From the NCBI GenBank assembly GCA_963758525.1, contig CAVWVQ010000003.1:4224001-4288000 (forward strand): a stretch of DNA of 64,000 nt. The letters are read 5' to 3'. Every line of letters starts with the position of its first letter. The stretch's first letter is position 1. Positions 9,415 to 18,521 of the stretch are shown here, one piece after another. A model generated the notes under the pieces. It saw nothing but the letters and a program-made list of their open reading frames with translations, was not told where the DNA came from and searched no databases. Source of the stretch: an uncultured Phycisphaerales bacterium. Lineage in GTDB: Bacteria; Planctomycetota; Phycisphaerae; Tepidisphaerales; Tepidisphaeraceae. The translations under genes and the position numbers were made by a program.

Positions 9415-10719
9415 CTACAGAAGATAGCGGGCTCGACTGACGGCCCATTGCCCAACTCGATCGAGCCACGGACGATGCCGCCACTCCGACAAGCGAATCT
9501 GTGTCGCGTAGCGGACGTCATGTTCAAACAGGGCACGCATTTGCCGGCCGAGTTGGTCGTTGCGGATCACCGCTGAGATTTCACAATTATATTCGATGCT
9601 TCGGTAGTCGAGATTGGTCGAGCCGATGATCGAAGTATGCTCATCCACCACCAGCGCCTTCGTGTGCAGAATGACTCCCTGACGTTCGTAGACTTCGACG
9701 CCCGCCGCCATCAGCGTTTCGTAAAATGAGCGCACCGCCAGGTGAACCAGTTTCACATCGCATCGGCCGGGCAGCATCAGCCGCACGCGCACGCCGCGCA
9801 GGGCGGCCTGGCAAAGGGCATCGATCAGCGGGTCGTCGGGAGCGAAGTAGGCCATGGTCAACAGCACGCTTTGCCGCGCGCCGTGCAGCAGCCGATGAAG
9901 AAATGGAAGCAGGGGACTGTTCAGCGTCGCGACGGTCCCGAGGACGGCAAGTTCTCCATCGTGCAGATCGTGGATGAATTCAGCCCTGCGGATGCGCCCG
10001 CCGCGATGGGCATAGTCCCAGGTTCGAGAAAAACTCCGAAGGAACCCGCGCGCTCCCGGTCCGGTGATTCCGATCGCGTTATCGCGCCAGAAGTCGCAAG
10101 CTTCCCGTTTGGAAGACTTGATCACCCACGATCCGGCGTACTCGCCGCCGATATTCAGCCCGCCGAGCCCGGCGATATTGTCATCGATGATCAGCAGCTT
10201 GCGATGGTCGCGGTTGAGCGGACGCCATCCAAACCGGCAGTCCCACGGTCGCATCGGATGGAACTCCACCGTGCGAACCCCCGCCCTGCGCATCTGATCG
10301 AACATCGCGCGGTCCGAGGAAATGGAACCGAACGAATCATAAATGAGAAGCACCTGCACGCCCTCGCGAGCCTTTTTGGCCAGCAGGTCGGCGAAGGCGC
10401 GTCCGGTGTCGTCGCTGGCAAAAATATAGACTTCCAGGCAGACGCGCTTCTGAGCCAGCTCGATCGCCCGGTACGCCGCCAGGAGGGCTTCGCCGTCTTT
10501 ATAGAGTCGAACTGATGTCCCGTCCGAGAGTGCGGTTGCCGGCGGCTCGGACCAGCCGTCGTCATGTGACCCCGGGCGCACATTGATTCCCACGCCCCAG
10601 TCCGCACATTCGTCGACCACACCCTGCGATGCAGCCTTCTTGACCGGTGCAGGCGCTCGCTCGGCGATCTCGGCAATTTCGGCCGTTGTCTGGTTCTCGC
10701 GATCCTCGCCAGGCATCAT
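9415..10719 (-). CDS. Cardiolipin synthase / phospholipase D family (ClsB-like)
   Basis: Two HKD motifs: RDHRKLLIID and LHTKALVVD...GSTNLDYRS; start uncertain. Confidence 0.88.
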   Translation of the reverse strand: MMPGEDRENQTTAEIAEIAERAPAPVKKAASQGVVDECADWGVGINVRPGSHDDGWSEPPATALSDGTSVRLYKDGEALLAAYRAIELAQKRVCLEVYIFASDDTGRAFADLLAKKAREGVQVLLIYDSFGSISSDRAMFDQMRRAGVRTVEFHPMRPWDCRFGWRPLNRDHRKLLIIDDNIAGLGGLNIGGEYAGSWVIKSSKREACDFWRDNAIGITGPGARGFLRSFSRTWDYAHRGGRIRRAEFIHDLHDGELAVLGTVATLNSPLLPFLHRLLHGARQSVLLTMAYFAPDDPLIDALCQAALRGVRVRLMLPGRCDVKLVHLAVRSFYETLMAAGVEVYERQGVILHTKALVVDEHTSIIGSTNLDYRSIEYNCEISAVIRNDQLGRQMRALFEHDVRYATQIRLSEWRHRPWLDRVGQWAVSRARYLL

Positions 10720-10820
10720 GTGAATGATAGATTGCTTGCGGCGGTATGCATACGCCGGTAGTGGCTCCCCCACGATCCAGCGATTTTCCGCTATAATCTC
10801 CGCAACTACGGAGATGTTGA

Positions 10821-11890
10821 ATGCCATTGGAACGTGATGCGGTCATGAATGCCTTGCGAACGGTGCAGGATCCCGAGATTCTCAAGGACATCGTTGCGCT
10901 GAATATGGTGAAGGAAGTGCGGATCGAGGCGGATGACGTCTTCGTGCATGTGGAACTGACCACGCCGGCCTGCCCGCTGAAGGACGTGATCGAGCGCGAT
11001 GTCAACGCGGCTCTGAAGCGGGCGGGGCGCAGAATGTGAAATTGCACCTGACCGCAAAGACACGCGGCCCGGCCGAGCCGCGCAAGGGAGGCGCTCCCGC
11101 AGGTAAAGAATGTGGTGGCGGTCGGCGCCGGCAAGGGGGGCGTCGGCAAGTCGACGCTGGCGCTGAATCTGGCCGTCGGGCTGAGGCGCGCCGGCGCGGC
11201 CGTAGGCCTGATGGACGGCGACATTTACGGCCCGAGCATGCCGACCATGCTCGGCATTCGCGGGCAGGCGCCGAGCATCCGCGGCAAGAAGATTCTGCCG
11301 TTCGCGGTGCACGGAATTCATGCCGTCACGATCGGCGCCTTGGTCGAGCAGGACAAGCCGTTGATCTGCGCGGGCCGATGGCTCACGGCGCGTTCAAGCA
11401 ACTGCTGCTGGACAACACCGATTGGCCCGAGCTCGACTATCTGATCGTCGACCTGCCCCCCGGCACCGGCGACGTGCCGCTGACGCTCTGCCAGCTCCTG
11501 CCGCTCACCGGCGCCGTGATCGTCGCCACGCCGCAGCAAGTGGCGCTGGATGACGCCACGCGGGCGATCCGGATGTTCCAGCAGTTGGAGACGCCGATCC
11601 TCGGGCTCGTTGAAAACATGAGCTACTTCATCGGCCCCGACGGCCAGGAATTCGACATCTTCGGCCGAGGCGGCACCGAGCGCGCGGCTCATTCGCTGGG
11701 TCTGCCCTATCTGGGTGCGGTTCCGATGTTTACCGAGCTGCGCCAAAACAGCGACGCGGGCACGCCACAGGCAAACTTCGAAGGCAACCCGCGCCTGCGC
11801 GACGCACTGGAAAACGTCGTCCGTCATCTCGCCGGGGAAGTCAGCAAGCGGAATCTGCAGACTGCTGCGCCAACTCTGACGATCAGTTGA
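10821..11890 (+). CDS. apbC: Mrp/ApbC Fe-S cluster carrier ATPase (about three frameshifts, likely errors)
   Basis: VQDPEI, LTTPACPL, GAGKGGVGKST, DGDIYGPS, RGPM, DLPPGTGD, VENMS spread over shifted frames. Confidence 0.88.
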
Positions 11891-11916
11891 GCGCTCGTTC
11901 GATCCCGCTTGCCGGT

Positions 11917-12623
11917 TCAACTCGATCGCTTCGACATCAAGATTGCCGCGGCTGCGATGGCCGCGGTTTCGATGCGCAGCACTGTCTGGGTCAATCCGAC
12001 TGACATGATTCCGGCCGCCGCAAATGCCGCTCGTTCTTCTTCCGTCCATCCCCCTTCGGGACCAACGAAAAGCGCCAGCGCGGGAGGAAGGTCTGCGCGG
12101 CCAGCTCGATAAGCGTGACGTTCTCTTCCATCGAGCAAACCCAACTCAGTCCATTGAAGCGTTTGATCGCCGAATCAACCGGCACGATTTCTTCGATACG
12201 CATCGTGCCGATCCGTCGTGACTGCTCGGCAGATTCACGGGCGATGCGCGCCCACCGCTCGTGCTTGTTTCGTCCCTCCGGGACAACCACCGATCGCGCA
12301 GCCGCCAATGGAATAAACGTGTCGACCCCCAATTCGCTGAGCTTCTCGATCATCCAGTCGGCGCGCTCTCCCTTGGGAATCGCGGCCGCAATGGTCAGCA
12401 ATAGCGCTCTGCTGGCTGGAGCCGTCACTGGCCCGACGCGAACGCTGGCATCCGCCGATCCCTCGTGGTGCACTGTTCCCGTCGCGGTTTGCCCCGCGTC
12501 GTCAAACAGCTCGACCGTTTCTCCTTCCACCAGACGCAGCACCTTCCAGAGATGATGCGCCTGATCCCGCGTGAGAGCGACGTCGCCGGCGTGAAGTTGT
12601 TGCACGTGAAGTCGCCGAGCCAT
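11917..12623 (-). CDS. rsmE: 16S rRNA m3U1498 methyltransferase (frameshift near 12110)
   Basis: HLWKVLRL, KGERADWMIEKLSELGV, ESAEQSRR, then VGPEGGWT and VLRIETAA in shifted frame. Confidence 0.88.
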
Positions 12624-12830
12624 TGAGAGTCGTTCCAATTTGACAGTGTATCATCCGATCGGCTTCAATGACGCCGCGACTTGGACAACGATAGTCGCGC
12701 GCGTGCGCGAATATTCGGCAATGTATTGTGGTGGAGGCTTGCAGCCTGCAATTCGCCGTGCAAACACAATTCGCTCCTTCTCGCCCGGAAATTCAAGCAC
12801 GCCCATGATCGCCCAACCAGAGGATTACGC

Positions 12831-13133
12831 ATGTTCGTTCACACCGTCTATTTCTGGCTGAAAGATGGCACTCCCGACGCCGCCCGCGAGCAACTCATCG
12901 GCGATTGCACCCGGCTGCTGGCCAAGGTTCCATCCGTGCGAAGTCTCTGGGTGGGCAAGCCCGCAATGACGCCCCGGCCGATCGTGGACAACTCATATGA
13001 TGTCGGATTATGCGTCGTGCTCGACGATGCCCCCGGCCACGACGCGTACCAGGTGCATCCGCTGCATCTGGAATTCGTCGCCCGCAATAGCGCGACGTTC
13101 GGGCGGGTGCAGATTTATGACACGGCAGGGTGA
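12831..13133 (+). CDS. Dabb family stress-responsive alpha/beta barrel protein
   Basis: MFVHTVYFWLK, AYQVHPLHLEF; GAGG RBS. Confidence 0.88.
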   Translation: MFVHTVYFWLKDGTPDAAREQLIGDCTRLLAKVPSVRSLWVGKPAMTPRPIVDNSYDVGLCVVLDDAPGHDAYQVHPLHLEFVARNSATFGRVQIYDTAG

Positions 13134-13454
13134 TTGGAACGTGGCCGGTTTCAAAAAGCGCCCTGTTTAGAGGCGGTTTCAGAACCTGTTTAGCCGCGCC
13201 GCGCAGCGCGTCCAAGAATGCGTATTTGACAGATTGCGTCAAACGCGCGGAAGACGCCGCTGGACGCGCTTCGCTGCGCGGCGCGGCTAAACAGGTAACG
13301 GAACGCCTAAGGGTTCTGAAACGGGCCTCAGCCGCGACGCGCAGCAGAAGCGCGTCTGGACGGATCAACTCAAAACCGCGAAATACGCGCTCCGCTGCGC
13401 GTCGCGGCTAACCGGGCTTGTGACGGGGTTTCGTGCTGCCCACGTTCCAATCAC
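13130..13454. repeat. Nested palindromic element cluster
   Basis: Outer 15-bp IR GTGATTGGAACGTGG/CCACGTTCCAATCAC enclosing a TTAGCCGCG-type doublet and an inner IR element. Confidence 0.8.
13170..13329. mobile_element. Putative MITE (about 160 bp) inserted into a REP-like doublet
   Basis: Ends GAGGCGGTTTCAGAACC / GGTTCTGAAACGGGCCTC; removing it rejoins GCCCTGTTTAG-CCGCGACGCGCAGC. Confidence 0.65.
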
Positions 13455-13470
13455 CGGCCCTCCCCGGCAC

Positions 13471-13613
13471 GGGTGTAACTTTTATTTGTGGCGATTGCAG
13501 ATTTTGCGATCGTAGGGCGGGATTCATCCCGCCGTTTTCTCAGCCGGCCAACAAATCGGCGGGATGAATCCCGCCCTACTCGGAGCCGATCGCCACTTTC
13601 GAGCGCCACACCC
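13471..13613. mobile_element. 143-bp MITE carrying a REP doublet, copy 1
   Basis: GGGTGT...ACACCC ends, flanking direct repeat CCCCGGCAC; identical in reverse to 54804-54946. Confidence 0.9.
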
Positions 13614-13640
13614 CCCCGGCACAGCTATCGGACTTTGGAA

Positions 13641-15167
13641 TGTCAAGCGCCGATAGAAATGTCCGGTGTTTCCGGCCGATAGAAATGTCCGGTTCACGCC
13701 GTGGCGGATCTGCGCCAGGGATGGGTTGACGCTGGACGCCACGATTGTTTTGAGCTACCACAACTGCCGCCGGCGGAAGGACAGGGCTCCGCAGGAGTGC
13801 GACCCGAGCGCCCGCCGGTCTGATGTACCGTGATCGACCCGGTCGAGCCTTCGGCCGGGTCGTTTGCTTTCATCACGGGGATCAGCCCATGCGGCAAACT
13901 CCGGGGGGTCGGGGGCAGAGCCCCCAATTCATCCGCTTCCTTCTTTTTTCCCGACGCCGCGAGCGCCGGCTCCCATGCCAGATATCTGCCTTTGAAACGA
14001 ATCCTCATCGACCCGTCCGCTCGATTCTCGACAATCACCTTCCCGCCGCGCTGGCCGGGCAACGCCGGCGGCAGCAACTGATACACCTGGTTCTCAAAGC
14101 GGATTGTGTAATCGTTCATCACCACACGCTCATGCTGAATCGATAGAACCGCATCCAGGTCCAGCTTGTCGATCGGGCGATGCGCGTCGTTGCCGCCGGG
14201 CTTGTTGGTGCAGCGACGGTTGAACCAACCGCTGAACTTCTCGTCCAACACCCCGTTGGCCCCCTCCAGCGTACGGGTTTGGGCCAGCCGCAGTTCCTTG
14301 ACCAATCGATCCTGGCATGTGCTCCACAATCGCTCGACACGCCCCTTCGCCTGCGGGGAATTGGCCAGAATCAACTCCATTCCCAATTCGTCAATCGCCC
14401 GGGAAAACTGCGTCGAAACGCTCTGCTTCTCGTCGTAACCAGCCACCGATTCCTCCGCCCGGAAAATGCCGTGGCGATCGCTGTACCAACTCACCGGACG
14501 ACCAAACTTCCTGATCCAACGCCCCAGCACGTCCATGTACGCCTCGGTCGTCTCCGACTCATGAAACCTCAGCACCACCCGGTCCGTCGCATCATCGATC
14601 ATCCCCACCAACGCCAGCATCGGACCCCGACCCTCCAGCCAGTCATGCGTGCTGGCGTCCGCCTGCACCATCTCCCCGAAACACATTCGCCGCGCACGAC
14701 GCTGGCGATGCTTGTCCCGGCGCCGCTGACGCTGCCACAATCCCTCTGACAGCATCCACTCCCGCAGCGTCCGAGTCGCCACAACCACCTTGTCATCTTC
14801 CGCCAGCTTCTCCGAGGCCAGCGTCGGACCGAATCCCAAATACTTGCGGCGATACAACGACAACGCCTGCTTCCGAACCGCCTCGCCGAACCGGCGGTTG
14901 GACGGCTTGCCGCGCAACCCATGCACAATCGCGCCGTCGCCACCAGCCACCAGCCGTCGCCGGATTCGATTCACCTGACGCACAGACAGCTTCAACAGCC
15001 GCGCCGCTTCCACCTGCGTCCGATCTCCTTTCAATACCAGCGACATCACCTTCAGAACGTCCCGCTCACGCTGAGTCATCTCGATCCGGTCTTTCTCCAT
15101 CCACTCTCTTCGTCCAACCGGACATTTCTATTTGCCGAAGACCGGACATTACTATCGGCCGACGACA
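13641..15167 (-). mobile_element. Complete insertion sequence, IS1202-type (ISNCY/IS481-related DDE)
   Basis: TGT...ACA ends with doubled TAG(A/T)AATGTCCGG motifs at each end; 17-bp direct repeat GCTATCGGACTTTGGAA at 13624-13640 and 15168-15184. Confidence 0.9.
13694..15100 (-). CDS. DDE transposase (IS1202/ISNCY type)
   Basis: N-terminal HTH, FGPTLASEKL, GEMVQADASTHDW, IDDAT, YSDRHGIF, SPQAKGRVER, QDRLVKELRL. Confidence 0.93.
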   Translation of the reverse strand: MEKDRIEMTQRERDVLKVMSLVLKGDRTQVEAARLLKLSVRQVNRIRRRLVAGGDGAIVHGLRGKPSNRRFGEAVRKQALSLYRRKYLGFGPTLASEKLAEDDKVVVATRTLREWMLSEGLWQRQRRRDKHRQRRARRMCFGEMVQADASTHDWLEGRGPMLALVGMIDDATDRVVLRFHESETTEAYMDVLGRWIRKFGRPVSWYSDRHGIFRAEESVAGYDEKQSVSTQFSRAIDELGMELILANSPQAKGRVERLWSTCQDRLVKELRLAQTRTLEGANGVLDEKFSGWFNRRCTNKPGGNDAHRPIDKLDLDAVLSIQHERVVMNDYTIRFENQVYQLLPPALPGQRGGKVIVENRADGSMRIRFKGRYLAWEPALAASGKKKEADELGALPPTPRSLPHGLIPVMKANDPAEGSTGSITVHQTGGRSGRTPAEPCPSAGGSCGSSKQSWRPASTHPWRRSATA

Positions 15168-15310
15168 GCTATCGGACTTTGGAATTGTGGCAATTCCTGC
15201 CGGTCGTTATCATGTGTGGGTAACCGACCGATGGAAAAAATGCCGGACGCTGCAGGCCGATCAGCAGGATCAGCCGGCGTATTCGGTATTTCCTGTGAAG
15301 GGATTCGCGC

Positions 15311-16108
15311 ATGGGTCAGGCGACGGTCGATCTTCCCGACCCGCTCGAAACGCTGCCAAAGGGGGTGGGTGGCGCCGACGACTTGCTCGCGCAGATGGCG
15401 GGCGACGAAATCGACCGTCTGCTGGCAGAGGCCGAGGCAGACCTGCCCACGGTGGCAAAGGCCCCCGCGCCCGACATCGCCGGGGACCTGCCAGGCTGGG
15501 AAGGCGCAGCGAAAGCAAATCCGCCTGCTGCTGGGTTGCCTGCGATTGAGCCGCCGTCAGCGAGCATACCGGCATCTGAATCTGAAGACGCCCTGGCGGG
15601 TGAGTTGGACTCGCTGCTCGAGTCACTGACAACCGCCAGCCCGCGCCCTTCCGATTCGACCGTCGCTCCCGCGCCGTCGGCGATTCACGCGATCGAAGCC
15701 GAGCAGGCCGCCGCGATTCCCGCGGTCGAATCGCCTGCGGTGACATCCGGCGAAACCGCCGCGCTCCTCTCCGCCGCCGCTGAAGAAGCCTTCGCCACTG
15801 GCGAACTCACGTCGCTTGGTGAGGAAGCAACCGCCGCCGCAGAGCGGCTCGCCTTGGGCGCACCCACGACCTTAGCCACCGCGATCGCCCCTGACCCGGC
15901 CCAAGCCGCCATCGAGGATATCTCCGAACAACAACTCGCCGGCGAGGATGCGCCGCTTCCGCTGCTCCTGCGACCATTGGAATGGATCAACGCTCCATTG
16001 AATGCATGCCCCGATCTTCTCCGCGAATTCATCGGCAAAGCCGCCATCCTGACGGCCGTGAACGCCGCCGCAATCATGTTCTACGTCCGCTTTATCCGCC
16101 GGCACTAG
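15311..16108 (+). CDS. Hypothetical acidic Ala/Pro-rich protein with C-terminal membrane anchor
   Basis: 265-aa ORF, GAAGGG upstream, hydrophobic tail AAILTAVNAAAIMFYV. Confidence 0.75.
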   Translation: MGQATVDLPDPLETLPKGVGGADDLLAQMAGDEIDRLLAEAEADLPTVAKAPAPDIAGDLPGWEGAAKANPPAAGLPAIEPPSASIPASESEDALAGELDSLLESLTTASPRPSDSTVAPAPSAIHAIEAEQAAAIPAVESPAVTSGETAALLSAAAEEAFATGELTSLGEEATAAAERLALGAPTTLATAIAPDPAQAAIEDISEQQLAGEDAPLPLLLRPLEWINAPLNACPDLLREFIGKAAILTAVNAAAIMFYVRFIRRH

Positions 16109-16138
16109 TGGTGGATCATTCCCGTTGAAAGTGCGGGT

Positions 16139-16329
16139 GTAGGGCGGGATTCATCCCGCCGCCTCTCAAGCTGCGGCGGGATGAATCCCGCCCTACCGCT
16201 TCATCCGCCGGCACTTGTGGTGCATTCGGGTCGGTCTCCCGTAGGGCGGGATTCATCCCGCCGTGGTCTGTAGTCATGCAGAAGGCCTATGGCCATGCAG
16301 AAGGCGCGGCGGGATGAATCCCGCCCTAC
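16139..16329. repeat. Two GTAGGGCGGGATTCATCCCGCC REP doublets
   Basis: Doublets at 16139-16196 and 16241-16329 between convergent genes. Confidence 0.9.
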
Positions 16330-16403
16330 GTTGTCCAGCCACATTTTCAACGGGAATAAAACACTCGCGAACGCTCAAAACCGCGAGCCGCGGTCCGCAT
16401 GGA

Positions 16404-18410
16404 TCAGTCTTCGTGCGACTCGATCGTTCTTCGCCACAGTTCGATATATGCGGCTTCCATGTTGCTCGCGAATCTTTTCGCGTCCATCAGCGGAGAAGTT
16501 TCCATACGGCGGCGGAGCGTTCGTCGGAGTTGACGCAGCCGTCCCGCGTCGCGTGCCAGCGAAGCGGCGATGTTCGCAAAAGTCGTTTCATCAGTGGCAA
16601 TCAAGTCTGCCAGGTCCAGATTCCGGAGCTGGCAGACGCCTGCGCGGGACACTGGAGATTGCCCGGCAAGCGTGACAACGGGCACACCCATCCAGAACGC
16701 GTCGAGACTCGTGGTGTGGCCGTTGTATGGGAAACTGTCCAACGCGATGTCGATCTGATGGTACAGCCGCAAGTAATCCGGCCGCGGCCGCATCGATTCA
16801 AATTGCACGCGGGTTGGGTCGATCCCCGCGGCCTCGAGTACGCTCAGCACCCATCGTCGCGGTGAACCCGAGGGAGCCAGAAGTATCAATCGCGAACCAG
16901 CGACTGCTCGCAACACCGCCGCCCACAGCTTGAGCCACGGCTCATTGACCTTGCAGAAATTATTCAGGCAGCCGAATGTGACAAAACCGTTGGAAGCTGC
17001 AGGAAGTTCGCTTGCTTCGAACAGCGATTCCCACGCATTTGCTGAACCCTGTACCCCGAACCCTGAACCCTCCATTGGGTCGTAACACCAGAACGTCTCC
17101 GGCAGCCGATAAGGCATTTCCGCAAACCCGCGATCGTCCAGCGGCTCCAGATGCGGATCGGTGATGCGATAATCCATCGCGAGCAGACCAGTGCTGCCGG
17201 GGTAACCGAGCCAGGTGATTTGCAGCGGCGCCGGCTTGCGAGCGAAGACCAGCAGTCGATTGCCCGCCATGTGGAGCGTGCAATCGACGAGGATGTCGAT
17301 CCGCTCATCGCGAATATGCCGGGCCATTTCCGCGTCGCTCCAGCCGACGGTCGAGTGCCAGCGGTCGGCCAACGTCACAAAGCGCTGGGTGATGTCGTCA
17401 GGCCGGACGACTCCCGAGAAGCAGTGGATTTCAAACCGCTGATGATCGTGAGACGCCAGCAGCGGCAAAAGAAACGACGCGGCGCAGTGATGCCGAAAAT
17501 CAGGCGAAACATAGCCGATCTTCAACCTTCGGCCCGGGCTCGCATCGACGTCATGCTCTCCGCCCGCTCCTTCAACCGGCCTGGCGTGCAGCACGTTCCA
17601 CCGCTGCAGCTCGTGGGCCAGTTGCCGCTCCCGATGCGGCGAGAACAGCAATGTGTAAATCAGGTTGCTGTGAACGTCCGCGCGCGGCGGCTTGATTGCC
17701 AGAGCGCGTTCGAAGCACGCGGCAGCTTCTTCGAGGCGGGCCATATCCTTGAAGAGCAATCCGAGGTTATTCAGCGCCTCCGTATAGCTCGGCTGCAACT
17801 GCAGCGCCTGCTGGAAGAATTGCAACGATTCGTCGAGCCGGTCGGTCATCTTCAGAATCACGCCCAAATGGTTGTGTGTTTCCGGGAGCAGAGGATTCAG
17901 TTGCAGCGCCTCGTGAAAACATTGCAGGGCTTCCTGCAGCCGTCCCGCATCTTTCAAAGCGACGCCAAGATTATTCAGCGCCGCGGCCTGGCGCGGCGGG
18001 CGTGCGACCGCCGCGCGATAGGACTCGATCGCCTCGTCAAGCCGGCCGGCGCGTCGCAGTGCGTTGGCGAGATTGTTATGCGCGGCGGAGTGATCCGGCG
18101 CGATCGCGATCGCCCGCCGATAGCAGGCGATCGCCTCTTGCGAATTTCCCTGTTGGAACAGAAGCAGCGCGAGGTTGTTCAACGCGTCGGCAAAGTCAGG
18201 CCGCAGCGCGATCGCAGTGCGATACGCTTCGATCGACTCTTCAACCCGGCTGGCGGATTTCAACAACCCGGCCAGGTTGTAATGCAGCTCGGGAGATCGA
18301 GGCTCTCGCTGCAGAAGCTGCCGATAGATTGTTTCCGCTTCCCGCCGCCGGCCCGCGCGATGGTGCGCGACTCCAAGCTCGAGCTCGGATTCGTTGGTGG
18401 TGTCCGACAT
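16404..18410 (-). CDS. TPR-repeat O-GlcNAc transferase (SPINDLY/GT41-like)
   Basis: Multiple TPRs; IGYVSPDFRHH, KPAPLQITWLGYPGSTG, TFGCLNNFCK, DIALDSFPYNGHTTSLDAFWMGVPVV. Confidence 0.92.
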   Translation of the reverse strand: MSDTTNESELELGVAHHRAGRRREAETIYRQLLQREPRSPELHYNLAGLLKSASRVEESIEAYRTAIALRPDFADALNNLALLLFQQGNSQEAIACYRRAIAIAPDHSAAHNNLANALRRAGRLDEAIESYRAAVARPPRQAAALNNLGVALKDAGRLQEALQCFHEALQLNPLLPETHNHLGVILKMTDRLDESLQFFQQALQLQPSYTEALNNLGLLFKDMARLEEAAACFERALAIKPPRADVHSNLIYTLLFSPHRERQLAHELQRWNVLHARPVEGAGGEHDVDASPGRRLKIGYVSPDFRHHCAASFLLPLLASHDHQRFEIHCFSGVVRPDDITQRFVTLADRWHSTVGWSDAEMARHIRDERIDILVDCTLHMAGNRLLVFARKPAPLQITWLGYPGSTGLLAMDYRITDPHLEPLDDRGFAEMPYRLPETFWCYDPMEGSGFGVQGSANAWESLFEASELPAASNGFVTFGCLNNFCKVNEPWLKLWAAVLRAVAGSRLILLAPSGSPRRWVLSVLEAAGIDPTRVQFESMRPRPDYLRLYHQIDIALDSFPYNGHTTSLDAFWMGVPVVTLAGQSPVSRAGVCQLRNLDLADLIATDETTFANIAASLARDAGRLRQLRRTLRRRMETSPLMDAKRFASNMEAAYIELWRRTIESHED

Positions 18411-18521
18411 TGCGTTCGGTTCCTTCCGGTGCGCTCAGCCAATCTGCGGGTTGAAACGGCCGCTTATCCGCGCCATGAAGCAAAGCGCGTCTGATCGCGT
18501 CGTTGCAAAACCGGCGCGCGG

